Origin: Deferribacterales bacterium
GTDB taxonomy: Bacteria; Chrysiogenota; Deferribacteres; Deferribacterales; Geovibrionaceae
Reading direction: 5' to 3'
NCBI GenBank assembly: GCA_050251945.1
Contig: JBFWLW010000004.1
Location: 128,001-192,000 of the forward strand
DNA: 64,000 bases
The translations under genes were made by a program, and so were the position numbers. Shown here piece by piece: positions 36,921 through 47,499 of the stretch (position 1 is its first letter; every line of letters begins with the position of its first letter). The notes below the pieces were generated by a model. It made no database searches. It was not told where the DNA came from and saw only the letters and a program-made list of their open reading frames with translations.

Positions 36921-38120
36921 GTGATTATGAATAAGGATAAGTTTCTTTCAAGGAACTTACTGCTCTTATTTTGCTCGATGTCCATGTCTTTTTTCGTTGA
37001 GTACAGCATAATAGCAGTATTTCCGGTTTATATTTCGGAGAATCTCCATTACGGCAGAAGCTATGTGGGGCTTTTCATAGGTATTTTTTCTGTTTCGGCA
37101 CTTGTGATAAAATTTTTCACCGGCTACATCGCCGACAGAACGGGTAGAATGGCGGTTTTGATTGCCGGACTTGTTCTGGGACTCATTTGTTCGGGTTTTT
37201 ATGCGTTTACAACGATGTTTACAGCTCTGGTTTTCGTACGTCTTGCACAGGGTGCGGGTTCCGGCGCAGTCAGAGCGGTATATCCCGCTATTACCGTTGA
37301 CATTGTCGGTAAGCATAACGCAGGCAAGGGTCTCGGGTTTATCGGGCTTACATGCATGATAGGCATGGTAGTTGCGTCGCCTATAGTGTTTTATTTTCTG
37401 GAAAACATTGATTATGAAATGCTTTTTATGGCTTTGGGGATAATATTGAGCCTGTCTCTGATCCCTGTGATGTTTATGCGTGTTCCGAAGATAATTCTGC
37501 CTTCCCGCAAGCTGACCCTCGCCAGTTTTCTGGAATACAGGGTTCTTATGCCTGCATTTCTCAGGTTTATCGTCAGCATCTGGCACGGGCTTTTTGTTTC
37601 GTATGCCGTACTCCATGCCCGCCATTCCGGTATAGCCAACGCCGGAGTGGTTCTCACGGCTTATGCGCTGGGTAATATCATCATGCGCCCCTTTGCGGGT
37701 TATGTCTTTGATAAAAAATCTCCGGGAGTGATAGCGTGGCTTGCTTATTCTCTTCTTCTCACTGGATACTGCATTTTTGCCGTATCGACGGAATATTTCG
37801 GGATAATTTCGGGCGCGTTTATCATAGGAATGGGGGCTGGTATTGAGCATACGATGATGCCTACCATAGCGGCGAAGATAGTGGATAAAGCTTCGCTGGG
37901 CAGGGCGAACTCAACACTTGAGTGTGCTTTTTCGCTGGGTATAGTCACAGGAGCCGTTTTCTGCGGGAAAGCCACTGAATCCATACCGTTCGATAAGCTG
38001 TTCATCTTTGTAGGTCTTCTGAATATAATTCCTGCGGTTCTTTTCTATATTTTCGTTCTTAAGATTTACGACAGGCACTTTGAAATAGAAGGAGGCCCCG
38101 CAGAACGGGGCCAAATATAA
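36921..38120 (+). CDS. MFS transporter
   Basis: About 12 hydrophobic segments; GYIADRTGR and GYVFDKK motif A copies. Confidence 0.92.
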   Translation: MIMNKDKFLSRNLLLLFCSMSMSFFVEYSIIAVFPVYISENLHYGRSYVGLFIGIFSVSALVIKFFTGYIADRTGRMAVLIAGLVLGLICSGFYAFTTMFTALVFVRLAQGAGSGAVRAVYPAITVDIVGKHNAGKGLGFIGLTCMIGMVVASPIVFYFLENIDYEMLFMALGIILSLSLIPVMFMRVPKIILPSRKLTLASFLEYRVLMPAFLRFIVSIWHGLFVSYAVLHARHSGIANAGVVLTAYALGNIIMRPFAGYVFDKKSPGVIAWLAYSLLLTGYCIFAVSTEYFGIISGAFIIGMGAGIEHTMMPTIAAKIVDKASLGRANSTLECAFSLGIVTGAVFCGKATESIPFDKLFIFVGLLNIIPAVLFYIFVLKIYDRHFEIEGGPAERGQI

Positions 38121-38131
38121 GGAGGTGTATG

Positions 38132-39607
38132 TTAAAGTTTCAGTTTCGCGGCGTTGCGTCCTGCGATACGCCCCATTGTCATGGCGTTAGCCAGAGGCAG
38201 ACCAACTGAATAGTATTCGTGGTGGAATACTCCGCCGGCACATTCTCCGGCAGCATAAAGACCTTTTATGACACGTCCGTCCGCCTGCATAACCTGAGCA
38301 TCGGTGTTGATGTTGATACCGCCGAAAGTAAGCGTGATACCGGGCATCAGAGGATAGAATGCATAGAAGGGACCTTTTTCGAGTTTGATCGCATTGTTTG
38401 TCTTCTGGGGAACAAGGTTAATGGCTGTTCCGTCGGCATTGACAGCCCCATTATAGTCTTTAACGGTTTTCATGAAATCATCTTTGGGAACTTTGATCTT
38501 TTCGGCAAGTTCCTCAAGAGTGTCAGCCTGAACATAAGGTATCTTGTTAGTGTCAAAAAGTTTGACCATGACGTCTATGGCGCCGAATTTTGTTCTCATT
38601 TCAGAGTCGAAGACCATAGCGGCGGTCTGCATGGGCTGATTGAGCAGAACGGGGCAAACGTAGCCGTATCCGAGACCCTCGTCAATATATCTTTTACCCT
38701 TAACGTTTATCATAAGTCCGTACTGAACTATGTATGAAGGGTTACCGGCGTGAGGATTCACCGGACTGACGTTTGCGAGCATGATAGATTCTGAACCCCC
38801 CATCCTCACGAGACCGGCACCGATTTCTTTTGCCATTAAATGACCGTCTCCGGTGTTGCCCTGAGAACCTCTGTACCATGCTTCATCCGCATCGGGTCCT
38901 ACGAACATTTCGAGCATTTCTTTATTTCTGGCATAACCGCCTGTTCCGAGAACTACTCTGCCCATGTAGTCGACAAGCCCCGCTTTTGTTTCCGCCCTAA
39001 CGCCGATAACTTCGCCTTTATCGTTAAGAATGAGCTGTCTTGCCTTTGTGTCACAGTGTATCTGACCTTTAAGTTTCTGCTGATAAGCTTCTCTGAGCTT
39101 TGCCAGAACCACGCGCATGTTTCTGTACATTCCGGGGTCAAAGATAACAGATTTCGCTTTTTTGCCCGGGCGGAAGATGGGATCTGGAGCTGTGGGACCA
39201 TAGCTTCTTATCCAGCGTGTGTTTTCAAGGCTGTTTTCAGCGATGACCTTCATGATCTCTTTGTTTCCTCTGCCAAGGCTCGCCTTGTCTATCTCCTCAT
39301 AAAATATCTGTTTGGATTCAGGAGTGTCTTCAGAGGCGACACCTATTGAACCGCCTGAAAACTTCGTACTGCCGCCTATCTCTTCGAGGGGCAGTTTTTC
39401 GATCATGATGGTTTTAACGCCGAGCTCTGCCGCCTGAAGAGCGGCACATGTTGCCGCCATACCGGAACCGACAACTATAACGTCAGCTTTGATCTTCTTT
39501 TTGGGTTCGGGAAGGATGGTTGCATGTGCAGCCGGAATACCTGCGGCAGCGAATATTCCCGCACCTGCACCTACGGTTTTAATAAAGTCTCTTCTGGAAA
39601 AATTCAT
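38132..39607 (-). CDS. Tat-exported FAD-binding oxidoreductase (flavocytochrome c flavin subunit/TcuA-like)
   Basis: SRRDFIK Tat motif; VVGSGMA, GGST..SGG, TGGY, TGDG, GLYAAGE..GG. Start moved to ATG 39607. Confidence 0.9.
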   Translation of the reverse strand: MNFSRRDFIKTVGAGAGIFAAAGIPAAHATILPEPKKKIKADVIVVGSGMAATCAALQAAELGVKTIMIEKLPLEEIGGSTKFSGGSIGVASEDTPESKQIFYEEIDKASLGRGNKEIMKVIAENSLENTRWIRSYGPTAPDPIFRPGKKAKSVIFDPGMYRNMRVVLAKLREAYQQKLKGQIHCDTKARQLILNDKGEVIGVRAETKAGLVDYMGRVVLGTGGYARNKEMLEMFVGPDADEAWYRGSQGNTGDGHLMAKEIGAGLVRMGGSESIMLANVSPVNPHAGNPSYIVQYGLMINVKGKRYIDEGLGYGYVCPVLLNQPMQTAAMVFDSEMRTKFGAIDVMVKLFDTNKIPYVQADTLEELAEKIKVPKDDFMKTVKDYNGAVNADGTAINLVPQKTNNAIKLEKGPFYAFYPLMPGITLTFGGININTDAQVMQADGRVIKGLYAAGECAGGVFHHEYYSVGLPLANAMTMGRIAGRNAAKLKL

Positions 39608-39676
39608 ATAGAACCTCCTGTCAGTATAAAAAACACAAATTTGATGCCTAATAAATATCTCATGGGAGGCTGTGCC

Positions 39677-39920
39677 ACAAGTTACAGAACAGCGTATATG
39701 AATGGTTACAGATTTCAGTCGGACACTTTGAACGGCAATAAAGCTTTCAACGGGCGCGAAAATAGACGTTTCATAAGTCAATGACTAAGCGGCGCTCCAA
39801 TCTGTGACCATTGCTATCCGCTGTATTGAGGAGTATTTCAGATATTTCAGAAAAGGCGGTCTGTTTTTTGCGGTACCTGACAAAACTGTGACCTTTATTA
39901 CAAGGCAATCTGTAACTTGT
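39677..39920. promoter_or_regulatory. paired direct-repeat operators of the divergent flavoprotein/porin promoters
   Basis: CTGTRACC-N15-TCTGTAACTTGT at 39711-39677 (-) and 39886-39920 (+). Confidence 0.7.
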
Positions 39921-39981
39921 TGATTTGTCTGGAATACTTGATTCTTTCCATATCAGATTTCCGTATGATAAAGGAGGAAAC

Positions 39982-41217
39982 ATGAAAACCGGATTGTATT
40001 TTGTTTTAATTATTCTTATCACGGCAATGCAGGCGTTTGCCGCGACAAACATCAAAGAGATGTTTGAAGAGGGAACGGGTTCTGTTGAGATCAGAACTCT
40101 CTATTTCAACAGAACATTCAACAGCAGCAAGGCAGATATGGAGGATCAGGCGATAGGCGGTGTGCTGCATTATAAGACAGCACCTTTACACGGCGTATCT
40201 TTCGGCGCTGGTTTTTATACTTCAAACGACATCAACAGTGATGATGACGATGACGTATACGGCAACCTTGCAAAAGTTTCCGACGGAAGCCACGAAAGCT
40301 ATACCAAAATGGCGGAATATTTCGTACAGGGCGACTGGTTTGACACCACCATACGTTACGGTGCACAGGAAATCGTGACTCCGTTCGTAAATAAATACGA
40401 CTTCCGTATGTCTCCTAAAACTTACAAAGGTCTCGCTGTTGTTAACAGATCCGTTGAAAACCTTGAAGCGTCACTGTATTACATAACGGATTTTATGGAT
40501 AACAACTCTTTGGACTATGTTGACGCGGGCTATTCATTCAACAAGAATATGGATGACAACCCTCTTTATGCGGCAGGTCTTAAATATTCGGCAGAGGTCA
40601 GTGAATCTTTCAAAATCGTTCCTCAGGCATGGTATTACACAATGCAGGACGGCTTTGCATTCACTTACGGCAATGTTGAGTTTACAGGCACGGCACCTGT
40701 CGGAAAATATTCCGTAAAACCCTCGTATCTTTTGCAGAAAGCGATAGGCTCAAAAGACGGCGGAGACCTTGACACATATCAGTATGGTGTTGCGGGCAAC
40801 CTGAAAACACACGGTTTTGACATCAGCCTTTATTACGCCAAAACAGGCGACGATGCGGTATCCGCTCCGTGGGGCAACTCAAAGGTTATTGTTCAGCAGG
40901 TACTTGCCTCAACAAGGGCAGAGGAAAAAGCATACGCCGCAAAAGTGGGGTATGATTTCACGAAACTTGGCGCAACAGGGCTTTCATTCGCAGTTTTCTA
41001 TGCAAATTACGATACGCCGGACTCCGGTGCCAACAAAAGCGATGACCAGAGTGAGACCGACTACGACCTGACATATAAATTCAGTATGCCCGCTCTGAAG
41101 GGTCTCTCGCTGAGAGCAAGATATGCCGATATAGACACCGACGGCGGCACAGACTATGTGGATAAACGTTTGTATGCGGTGTATACTTTCAATTTCGGGG
41201 GTAAAGCGGCGAAATAA
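39982..41217 (+). CDS. OprD-family outer membrane porin
   Basis: Signal peptide; G.Q...TPF....D.RM.P, ETD.D..Y......LKGLSLRARYA, RL...Y.F. Start moved to ATG 39982. Confidence 0.85.
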   Translation: MKTGLYFVLIILITAMQAFAATNIKEMFEEGTGSVEIRTLYFNRTFNSSKADMEDQAIGGVLHYKTAPLHGVSFGAGFYTSNDINSDDDDDVYGNLAKVSDGSHESYTKMAEYFVQGDWFDTTIRYGAQEIVTPFVNKYDFRMSPKTYKGLAVVNRSVENLEASLYYITDFMDNNSLDYVDAGYSFNKNMDDNPLYAAGLKYSAEVSESFKIVPQAWYYTMQDGFAFTYGNVEFTGTAPVGKYSVKPSYLLQKAIGSKDGGDLDTYQYGVAGNLKTHGFDISLYYAKTGDDAVSAPWGNSKVIVQQVLASTRAEEKAYAAKVGYDFTKLGATGLSFAVFYANYDTPDSGANKSDDQSETDYDLTYKFSMPALKGLSLRARYADIDTDGGTDYVDKRLYAVYTFNFGGKAAK

Positions 41218-41312
41218 GCTTTCAACCTCCCTAAGGTTTTATCTATTATAATCACAAAGGCGGCCCGCGGCAAAGCTTCGGGCTGCCAAATTTTATAATA
41301 TAGGGGGCGGCT

Positions 41313-42776
41313 GTGTTCAGTAACTGGAATCCCGACAGAGGGTCAGAGACACCTCTTTATATGCAGTTGGCAAACTATCTCCGCTCTGAGATAATTGACG
41401 GAAGAATACTTCCCGAAACAAAGCTTCCTTCGCTTTCTGTTATGCAGAACGTTTTTGCCGTCAGCAGAAACACCTGTATCAATGCTTTGGAACAGATAAG
41501 CAGTGAAGGACTCATTGAGATCAGCCCCAAGAAAAAACCTGTTGTCATTTACACAACGAATAACCTGCCTTCCAGTTCGTCACCCGACTGGTTCAGATAT
41601 ATCAAACACGGAAAACATTTTCCCACAGACGAACACTACCACAGGTTGAGCTATCTCAGAGGTCAGGCGGGGCTTATCAATACCTATGAAATGAGGCTGG
41701 GCAAAGAGTTCCATCCGGAGGTTCCGGTAAACGAGGCTTTGGCAAAGGTGTCGAAGAAGATATCCGGTCTGTATCACCACAGTTTTTTCGATGTCAAAGG
41801 TATTCCTATGGTTCGCGAACTGGTCTGCTCCGCTGTCAGAGAATACGGGATAGAGGCGGATCCTTCGCAGGTGCTTCTTACCTCCGGACCAATGAACGCA
41901 ATGACCCTTATCTGCAAGGGACTTTTGTCAATAGGTACAAACGTTTTTACCGTGTCTCCCAACTCCCTTAAACCGATGAACTTTTTTAACACTTTCGGTC
42001 TTAACGTGATCAACGTGAATCAGGACAGCGGCGGGATAAATATAGAGGATCTGAAGTCCAAAACTCACAAGGCAAGAGGCGGAATTCTGCATGCCAACCC
42101 TGTGGCGTTCTGGCCTAACATGCTTACCATGTCCGACCAGAGGATAAAAGACGTGTTTTCCCTTTGCTCTGCGAAAAAACTTCCGGTGATGGAAAACGAT
42201 ATGATGCGGGAATACTGGCTTGTGAAAGAGCCGCCTGTTCCTTTGAAGGCATATGATAAAAGCGGTGTCTGCATCTATATTTACTCTTTCACCCGTCCGC
42301 TTATACCCGGTCTGCGCATGGCGGCGATCATCGCGCCTTCGCAGGTCATAAATCAGCTTGCCGACGTTAAACTGCAAAGCGAATGGGGAACTGATACCAT
42401 AAGTCAGCTTACTTTCGGCGAACTCATCTCGGAAAATCTTTTCAAAAACTATATGGACAGCATCAGACCGGCACTTCTTGAGCGGAGAGATGAGGTGGAT
42501 CTCCTTATGAAGAGGTATCTCGGCGATATCGCGACATGGAAAAAAGCTGACTGCGGGCTGAATTTCTGGATCAGATTCAACAGCGATATTGATACGAGCA
42601 GCCTTGCATGTGAAAAAGAGGGGATACTGATATATTCGGGAGCGTTGACAGGAAACAGCTATAAGAACTGCCTGTGGCTCTGTTATTCCTGTATTTCAAT
42701 AACAGAAATGGAGACAGTGCTTATGGTCATTTCCCGTTTGGCAAAATCAGCAATCTCAAAGATGAAAACCGACTGA
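41313..42776 (+). CDS. MocR/GabR-family regulator (GntR wHTH + aminotransferase-like domain)
   Basis: PLY.QL...I..G.....KLPS...VSRNT; SFTRPLIPGLR where SFSKxxxPGLR is usual. Confidence 0.9.
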   Translation: MFSNWNPDRGSETPLYMQLANYLRSEIIDGRILPETKLPSLSVMQNVFAVSRNTCINALEQISSEGLIEISPKKKPVVIYTTNNLPSSSSPDWFRYIKHGKHFPTDEHYHRLSYLRGQAGLINTYEMRLGKEFHPEVPVNEALAKVSKKISGLYHHSFFDVKGIPMVRELVCSAVREYGIEADPSQVLLTSGPMNAMTLICKGLLSIGTNVFTVSPNSLKPMNFFNTFGLNVINVNQDSGGINIEDLKSKTHKARGGILHANPVAFWPNMLTMSDQRIKDVFSLCSAKKLPVMENDMMREYWLVKEPPVPLKAYDKSGVCIYIYSFTRPLIPGLRMAAIIAPSQVINQLADVKLQSEWGTDTISQLTFGELISENLFKNYMDSIRPALLERRDEVDLLMKRYLGDIATWKKADCGLNFWIRFNSDIDTSSLACEKEGILIYSGALTGNSYKNCLWLCYSCISITEMETVLMVISRLAKSAISKMKTD

Positions 42777-42796
42777 AAAGTGTACATCCGCTGTAT

Positions 42797-42831
42797 CTGT
42801 GACCATTCGTGACTCTTCTTCTGTAACTTGT
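42797..42831 (+). promoter_or_regulatory. paired direct-repeat operator upstream of the cytochrome gene
   Basis: CTGTGACC-N15-TCTGTAACTTGT, same as the sites at 39677 and 39886. Confidence 0.7.
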
Positions 42832-42886
42832 TCTATTTTGACGTTTGCTATACCGTTTTAATATCAATAATTAATAAGAGGTTGAT

Positions 42887-43276
42887 ATGAAACGGAAATG
42901 CTATATCTATCTTTCAGTCTGCACGGTGTTTATTCTGTTTGCCGCTTTAACTGCATTTGCTGGTGGAATCAACGAAAAGGCTCAGTATTGTCTCAACTGT
43001 CACGGTGATTATAAGGATCTGGCGGCTAAGGAACCTTTCTATGACAAGTTCAACGGAAAGGACTCGAAAAGGGGCATCACAAAGGTCAATCCCCACAGAT
43101 ACTGGCCCCATGAGAACGTGAGCGATTCGGGTATCCCCGACTGTACCAAATGCCACACACCGCACAAAGAGGACATCCAGTCTGCGGCTGAGGTCGTGCG
43201 TCCGAACGTTGACGCCTGCTATACATGTCATCACATGCAATTGTTTGATAAATGCGACACATGCCACGCCGAATAG
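42887..43276 (+). CDS. small tetraheme cytochrome c
   Basis: Signal peptide; four CxxCH motifs (CLNCH, CTKCH, CYTCH, CDTCH) plus NPH. Confidence 0.92.
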   Translation: MKRKCYIYLSVCTVFILFAALTAFAGGINEKAQYCLNCHGDYKDLAAKEPFYDKFNGKDSKRGITKVNPHRYWPHENVSDSGIPDCTKCHTPHKEDIQSAAEVVRPNVDACYTCHHMQLFDKCDTCHAE

Positions 43277-43326
43277 ATCCTGTCTGAAATGTTGCAGAGC
43301 CGCTGTATTGCGAGAAGTGCAGCGGC

Positions 43327-44745
43327 TTATTTCTCCGCGGAATCGGATTTAGGCAGGATGATGCTAACCACCAGACCGCCTTCCGGTGCATTTTCAAGCC
43401 GTATCTCGCCTCCGTGGGCGTGTATAATGTCTTTGGCTATGGCAAGCCCCAGCCCCGTGCCTCCTGTATCTCTGTTCCGTGAGGTGTCAAGCCGTTTGAA
43501 CGGCAGAAACGCCTGTTCGATGAGATGCGGCGGAATACCCATCCCCTTGTCTTTAACAGTTACGGTGACAGAATCTGTACTGTCGGTCAGTTCAACTCTG
43601 ACGCTCTCTCCGTATCTGCATCCGTTTTCTATAACGTTTGTGACTGCTCTTTTCATAGCTGTTGGCTGGCAATTTAACTGTGCGTGTTGGATGCCGGAAT
43701 ATTCCACGTTATATCCTGCATCCTGACAGGTATCACAGATGCTTACTATCAGGGAGACGATATCCGTTTTAACATATGCTTCCTGAGCGGCATCCTCTCT
43801 GGCAAAAATCAGATATTCTTTGATCATCATCTCCATATCTGAAAGGCTGGAAAGAATCTGTTCTTTGCCGTGTTCATCTTTTAGATTTTCGGAAAGAAGC
43901 CGGGTACGGGTCAACAGGGTTCTCAGGTCATGCGATATAGCAGCCAGCATATTGGTGCGTTCATCTACAAATCTGCTGAGCTGAATCTGCATCTTGCTGA
44001 ACGCGTCAGCTATTTTTTTATATTCCGGAATCACCATTTCGGGGATAGTGGTCGGTGTGCGTTCGCGTCCGAGGGTTTCGGCGGCGGCTGACAATTTGAA
44101 CAGCGGTTTCAGCAAAGAGCGGGCTGTCCATATGGAAGCTACCAGTATTATGATTATCATGACTACGGGAGGCAGCAGAAGATTTAAATATGGCTGTAAA
44201 GTGAGATTGCCGTGTTTTGTTCTGAACACGAGCCAGTCCCCGTTTGCCAGAGGAACACTTATGGAAAAGTCCATGGATATTGAAACGTCTCCCCTGCCTC
44301 TGTCCTCCAGTTCGTCCTCCATGCTGACCGGCAGTTTCGCCACAACCACAGTCAAGGGTTTAATTCTGTTGCTGTAGTCTAAATATATATGTTTAGAAGT
44401 TACCACAGGAGAAACAGAACCGCCGATGCGATTTTTCAGTTCGTCCTGAAGTTTTGAAAGAGTTTCGGGGAGGTGGGTTAGGACGGGGCTGAACCGTTCT
44501 TTTGGAATAACGGTAAGATCAAACCATTCGTATTTTTCTGAGGCATTTTCAAGAGCGATTCCTTGTTCTGCGGCGGGGATTGCGTCCAAAGTTTTTTTGG
44601 TACGTAAAACCTCATCTGCCAGCCATCCGGACTCGAACAGATAAACGTCAGGCAATGAAATAAAACGGTTGGAAACCGTGTTTACCAGAACAAGAGCTAA
44701 CAGTATAAAAAACATCAGTATTATCAGTCTGGGGGCGATTCTCAT
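43327..44745 (-). CDS. sensor histidine kinase (HAMP, HisKA, HATPase)
   Basis: Two TMs; SHDLRT H-box; N, D.G.GI, F and GTGLGL boxes. Confidence 0.95.
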   Translation of the reverse strand: MRIAPRLIILMFFILLALVLVNTVSNRFISLPDVYLFESGWLADEVLRTKKTLDAIPAAEQGIALENASEKYEWFDLTVIPKERFSPVLTHLPETLSKLQDELKNRIGGSVSPVVTSKHIYLDYSNRIKPLTVVVAKLPVSMEDELEDRGRGDVSISMDFSISVPLANGDWLVFRTKHGNLTLQPYLNLLLPPVVMIIIILVASIWTARSLLKPLFKLSAAAETLGRERTPTTIPEMVIPEYKKIADAFSKMQIQLSRFVDERTNMLAAISHDLRTLLTRTRLLSENLKDEHGKEQILSSLSDMEMMIKEYLIFAREDAAQEAYVKTDIVSLIVSICDTCQDAGYNVEYSGIQHAQLNCQPTAMKRAVTNVIENGCRYGESVRVELTDSTDSVTVTVKDKGMGIPPHLIEQAFLPFKRLDTSRNRDTGGTGLGLAIAKDIIHAHGGEIRLENAPEGGLVVSIILPKSDSAEK

Positions 44746-45479
44746 GGTATATCCGCCTGTTCGATATCGGGAGTGAAAAAATACCCTTCGTTTCGGATAG
44801 TCTTTATAAATTCCGGATTCTGCGGGTCTGTTTCTATTTTGCGGCGCAGACGGCTTATCTGCACGTCGATAGATCTGTCGAACTGGTGAGACGAACGTCC
44901 GTGGAGTGCGTCGAGCAGCTGGTCGCGGTTGATAACTCTCTGTGCGCTTTCAACGAAAACCATCAGAAGGTCAAATTCCGTGCTGGTAAGAACTATCAGT
45001 GTTCTATCGGGGGAAAAAAGAGTTCTTCGTTTGGAATCAATAGTCCATCCGGCAAATCTGTATGCAGAAGGCTTTTTTTCCATTCTTTTTCGCGGGTCTT
45101 CGCCGAATCGGCGCAGGATGTTGCGGATACGTGCGAGAAGTTCCCGCGAGCTGAAAGGTTTTGTGACGTAATCGTCTGCACCCAGCTCAAGCCCGATTAT
45201 CCTGTCCGTTTCCGAATCGACGGCAGTAAGGATTATCACAGGTATATTATATCCGTTCTGAAGGCGCCGGCACAAGGTCAGTCCGTCGTCCCCCGGCATC
45301 ATCAGATCGAGCAGAATAAGGTCGATGCTCTCTTTCTTAAGCGCAGTGAACATCTCTGTTCCGTTCGCCGCCTGACTTGTGGTCAGTCCGCGGCTTTGTA
45401 AAAATTCGGCAAGAATGCTGCGGATGGAATAATCGTCATCAACAATAAGTATGTGCTGTGATGTATTGTCAGGCTTCAT
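44742..45479 (-). CDS. OmpR-family response regulator
   Basis: VDDD, LDLMMP, GADDY.TKPF; wHTH RSIDVQISRLRRK, TIR.EGY. Confidence 0.96.
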   Translation of the reverse strand: MKPDNTSQHILIVDDDYSIRSILAEFLQSRGLTTSQAANGTEMFTALKKESIDLILLDLMMPGDDGLTLCRRLQNGYNIPVIILTAVDSETDRIIGLELGADDYVTKPFSSRELLARIRNILRRFGEDPRKRMEKKPSAYRFAGWTIDSKRRTLFSPDRTLIVLTSTEFDLLMVFVESAQRVINRDQLLDALHGRSSHQFDRSIDVQISRLRRKIETDPQNPEFIKTIRNEGYFFTPDIEQADIP

Positions 45480-45617
45480 ACATCAATATAACACAGGTTC
45501 AGACGCACTATAAAGTCAGTTCTGCGTCTGAAATATAATGTTACATTTTGATACCCACTGTTACGCGTGCAAAGTCTATTATGGTCTCATCGAATGACAA
45601 CAGGAGGACTCTTTATT

Positions 45618-46418
45618 ATGAGTTTAGGAAAAATAACTGCTTTCGCGTTTTTACTGCTCACTCTGGCAATGACAGCAACACCCGCTGATGCGCAGGAAAG
45701 CGGACTGGAAGGAAGCATTATGCTCGGTGGCGGGATGGTTTCCGAATATGAAGGTTCAAAAGATTACGGTTTCGTCCCCATGTTTATGGGCAAGCTGGAA
45801 TATGACAGATACTACCTTGAACTCAGAGGGCTTGAAGTGCGCGCGAATGTATCCGGTCGGGAAGGGATAGAGTTCGGACCGACGCTTTCTCTGCACGGCG
45901 GGCGCGACAGCGATGTGGATAATAAATACGTCTCTGAAATGCGCAAGATAGACGACGCAACCGAAGCAGGGGTATTCGCGAAGATTTCGACAAAAGACCT
46001 TTTCAGGGACAGAGACGAGCTGTCGCTTGAAGCGGTATACTCCGCCGACACAGGCGACACCCATGAAGGATACACTGTAAGTCTTGAATCCGCATATGAG
46101 TTCTTTCCTGTTGAAAAAGTTATGCTGGGGGTCAGTCTCTCCGCAACCTATGCGGATGAGAACTATAATCAGACGTATTTTGGTGTGGACGCGGACAATG
46201 CTGCCAGAAGCGGACTGGAAGAATACAGCGCCGGAGGCGGACTTAAGAACGTCGGCATTGGTTTTAAAGCAGGCTACAGCTTTAACAGGAACTGGGGCGT
46301 TATCGGCATTGCAAAATATGAACGTCTGCTTGGCGATGCGGCTGACAGTCCGATAATTGACAAGGACGGTTCAGAGGGACAGTTCATGACCGGTGCCGGT
46401 GTGATGTACAGATTCTGA
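45618..46418 (+). CDS. mipA: MipA/OmpV-family outer membrane protein
   Basis: Signal peptide; YEGS.DY...P, Y...YFGV, LLGDAADSPI, C-terminal YRF. Start moved to ATG 45618. Confidence 0.9.
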   Translation: MSLGKITAFAFLLLTLAMTATPADAQESGLEGSIMLGGGMVSEYEGSKDYGFVPMFMGKLEYDRYYLELRGLEVRANVSGREGIEFGPTLSLHGGRDSDVDNKYVSEMRKIDDATEAGVFAKISTKDLFRDRDELSLEAVYSADTGDTHEGYTVSLESAYEFFPVEKVMLGVSLSATYADENYNQTYFGVDADNAARSGLEEYSAGGGLKNVGIGFKAGYSFNRNWGVIGIAKYERLLGDAADSPIIDKDGSEGQFMTGAGVMYRF

Positions 46419-46427
46419 ATATAGCAA

Positions 46428-47477
46428 ATGAAGAGATACATACTGACGGGTTCTGCAATCCTTCTTCTGATATGCATTGCCGTATTTATTATTGTTGGCA
46501 GAAAACCCGAAAAAAAAGACGAAATTTCTTCAGCGGCAATGACTGTCACCACTTCAATGGTCAGACGGATAAAGCTGGCGGAGACCGTCAGTGCAGCCGG
46601 ATCAATCGCCCCTTGGCGCGAAGCGGTCATTGCTTCTGAAATAAGCGGGCAGCGCCTCGGTCAGATACTAGCCGACATCGGCGACAGGGTTACAAAAGGG
46701 CAGGTTCTGGCGAGGTTTAAAACCGATACTCTGCTTGCTGAACGTGCGGAACTTAAAGCTGCATGGGATCAGGCGGATGCGGATGCACTGAGGGCTTTGG
46801 CGCTTAAGGGCACCGGAGCTATGAGTGAACAGACCATCGACGGATATATGAATACGGCGGCAGGCGCGAAAGCGAGGCTGGATTCAAAAGATCTCCAGAT
46901 AGGATATGCGGCGGTGACGGCACCGGATTCGGGCATCATTTCCTCCAGCTCGGCGATACTCGGTGCTGTCGGCTCGCAGGGACAGGAACTGTTCCGCATC
47001 ATCCGTCAGGGGCGTCTGGAGTGGAGGGGCGAGCTTACACCCGGTCAGTTGAACAGGGTCGGAAAAGGGCAGACAGTCGTATTAAAACTGTCCGACGGCG
47101 GCTCTGCCGAAGCTGTGATAAGCAGGATCGCCCCCTCTCTGGATGATAAATCCCGAATGGCGACGGTGTATGCCGACATAAAGAACGGAAGTTCCGCGCG
47201 GGCGGGGATGTATTGCGAAGGCGTGATAACCCTGCCGGAAACTCCCGCTCTGGTACTGCCCTCCGAAAGTGTGGTCGTACGGGACGGGTTCAGCTATGTG
47301 TTCAGTATTGAATCCTCTGAAAAAGGTACGTTCGCTGTTCGCCGTAAGGTTGAAACAGGGCGTATTCGCCGCGGTCTGACAGAAATAATAAGCGGCGTCG
47401 GAGAAAAGGATATTATAGCCGTACGCGGAGCCGGATTTCTGAACGACAGGGATGCCGTGACCGTTATTACGAAATAG
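46428..47477 (+). CDS. RND efflux periplasmic adaptor
   Basis: N-terminal anchor; GD.V.KGQVLA, AP.SG.I, GM, P..SVV. Confidence 0.92.
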   Translation: MKRYILTGSAILLLICIAVFIIVGRKPEKKDEISSAAMTVTTSMVRRIKLAETVSAAGSIAPWREAVIASEISGQRLGQILADIGDRVTKGQVLARFKTDTLLAERAELKAAWDQADADALRALALKGTGAMSEQTIDGYMNTAAGAKARLDSKDLQIGYAAVTAPDSGIISSSSAILGAVGSQGQELFRIIRQGRLEWRGELTPGQLNRVGKGQTVVLKLSDGGSAEAVISRIAPSLDDKSRMATVYADIKNGSSARAGMYCEGVITLPETPALVLPSESVVVRDGFSYVFSIESSEKGTFAVRRKVETGRIRRGLTEIISGVGEKDIIAVRGAGFLNDRDAVTVITK

Positions 47478-47499
47478 CAGATACAGCGAAGGATATAAG

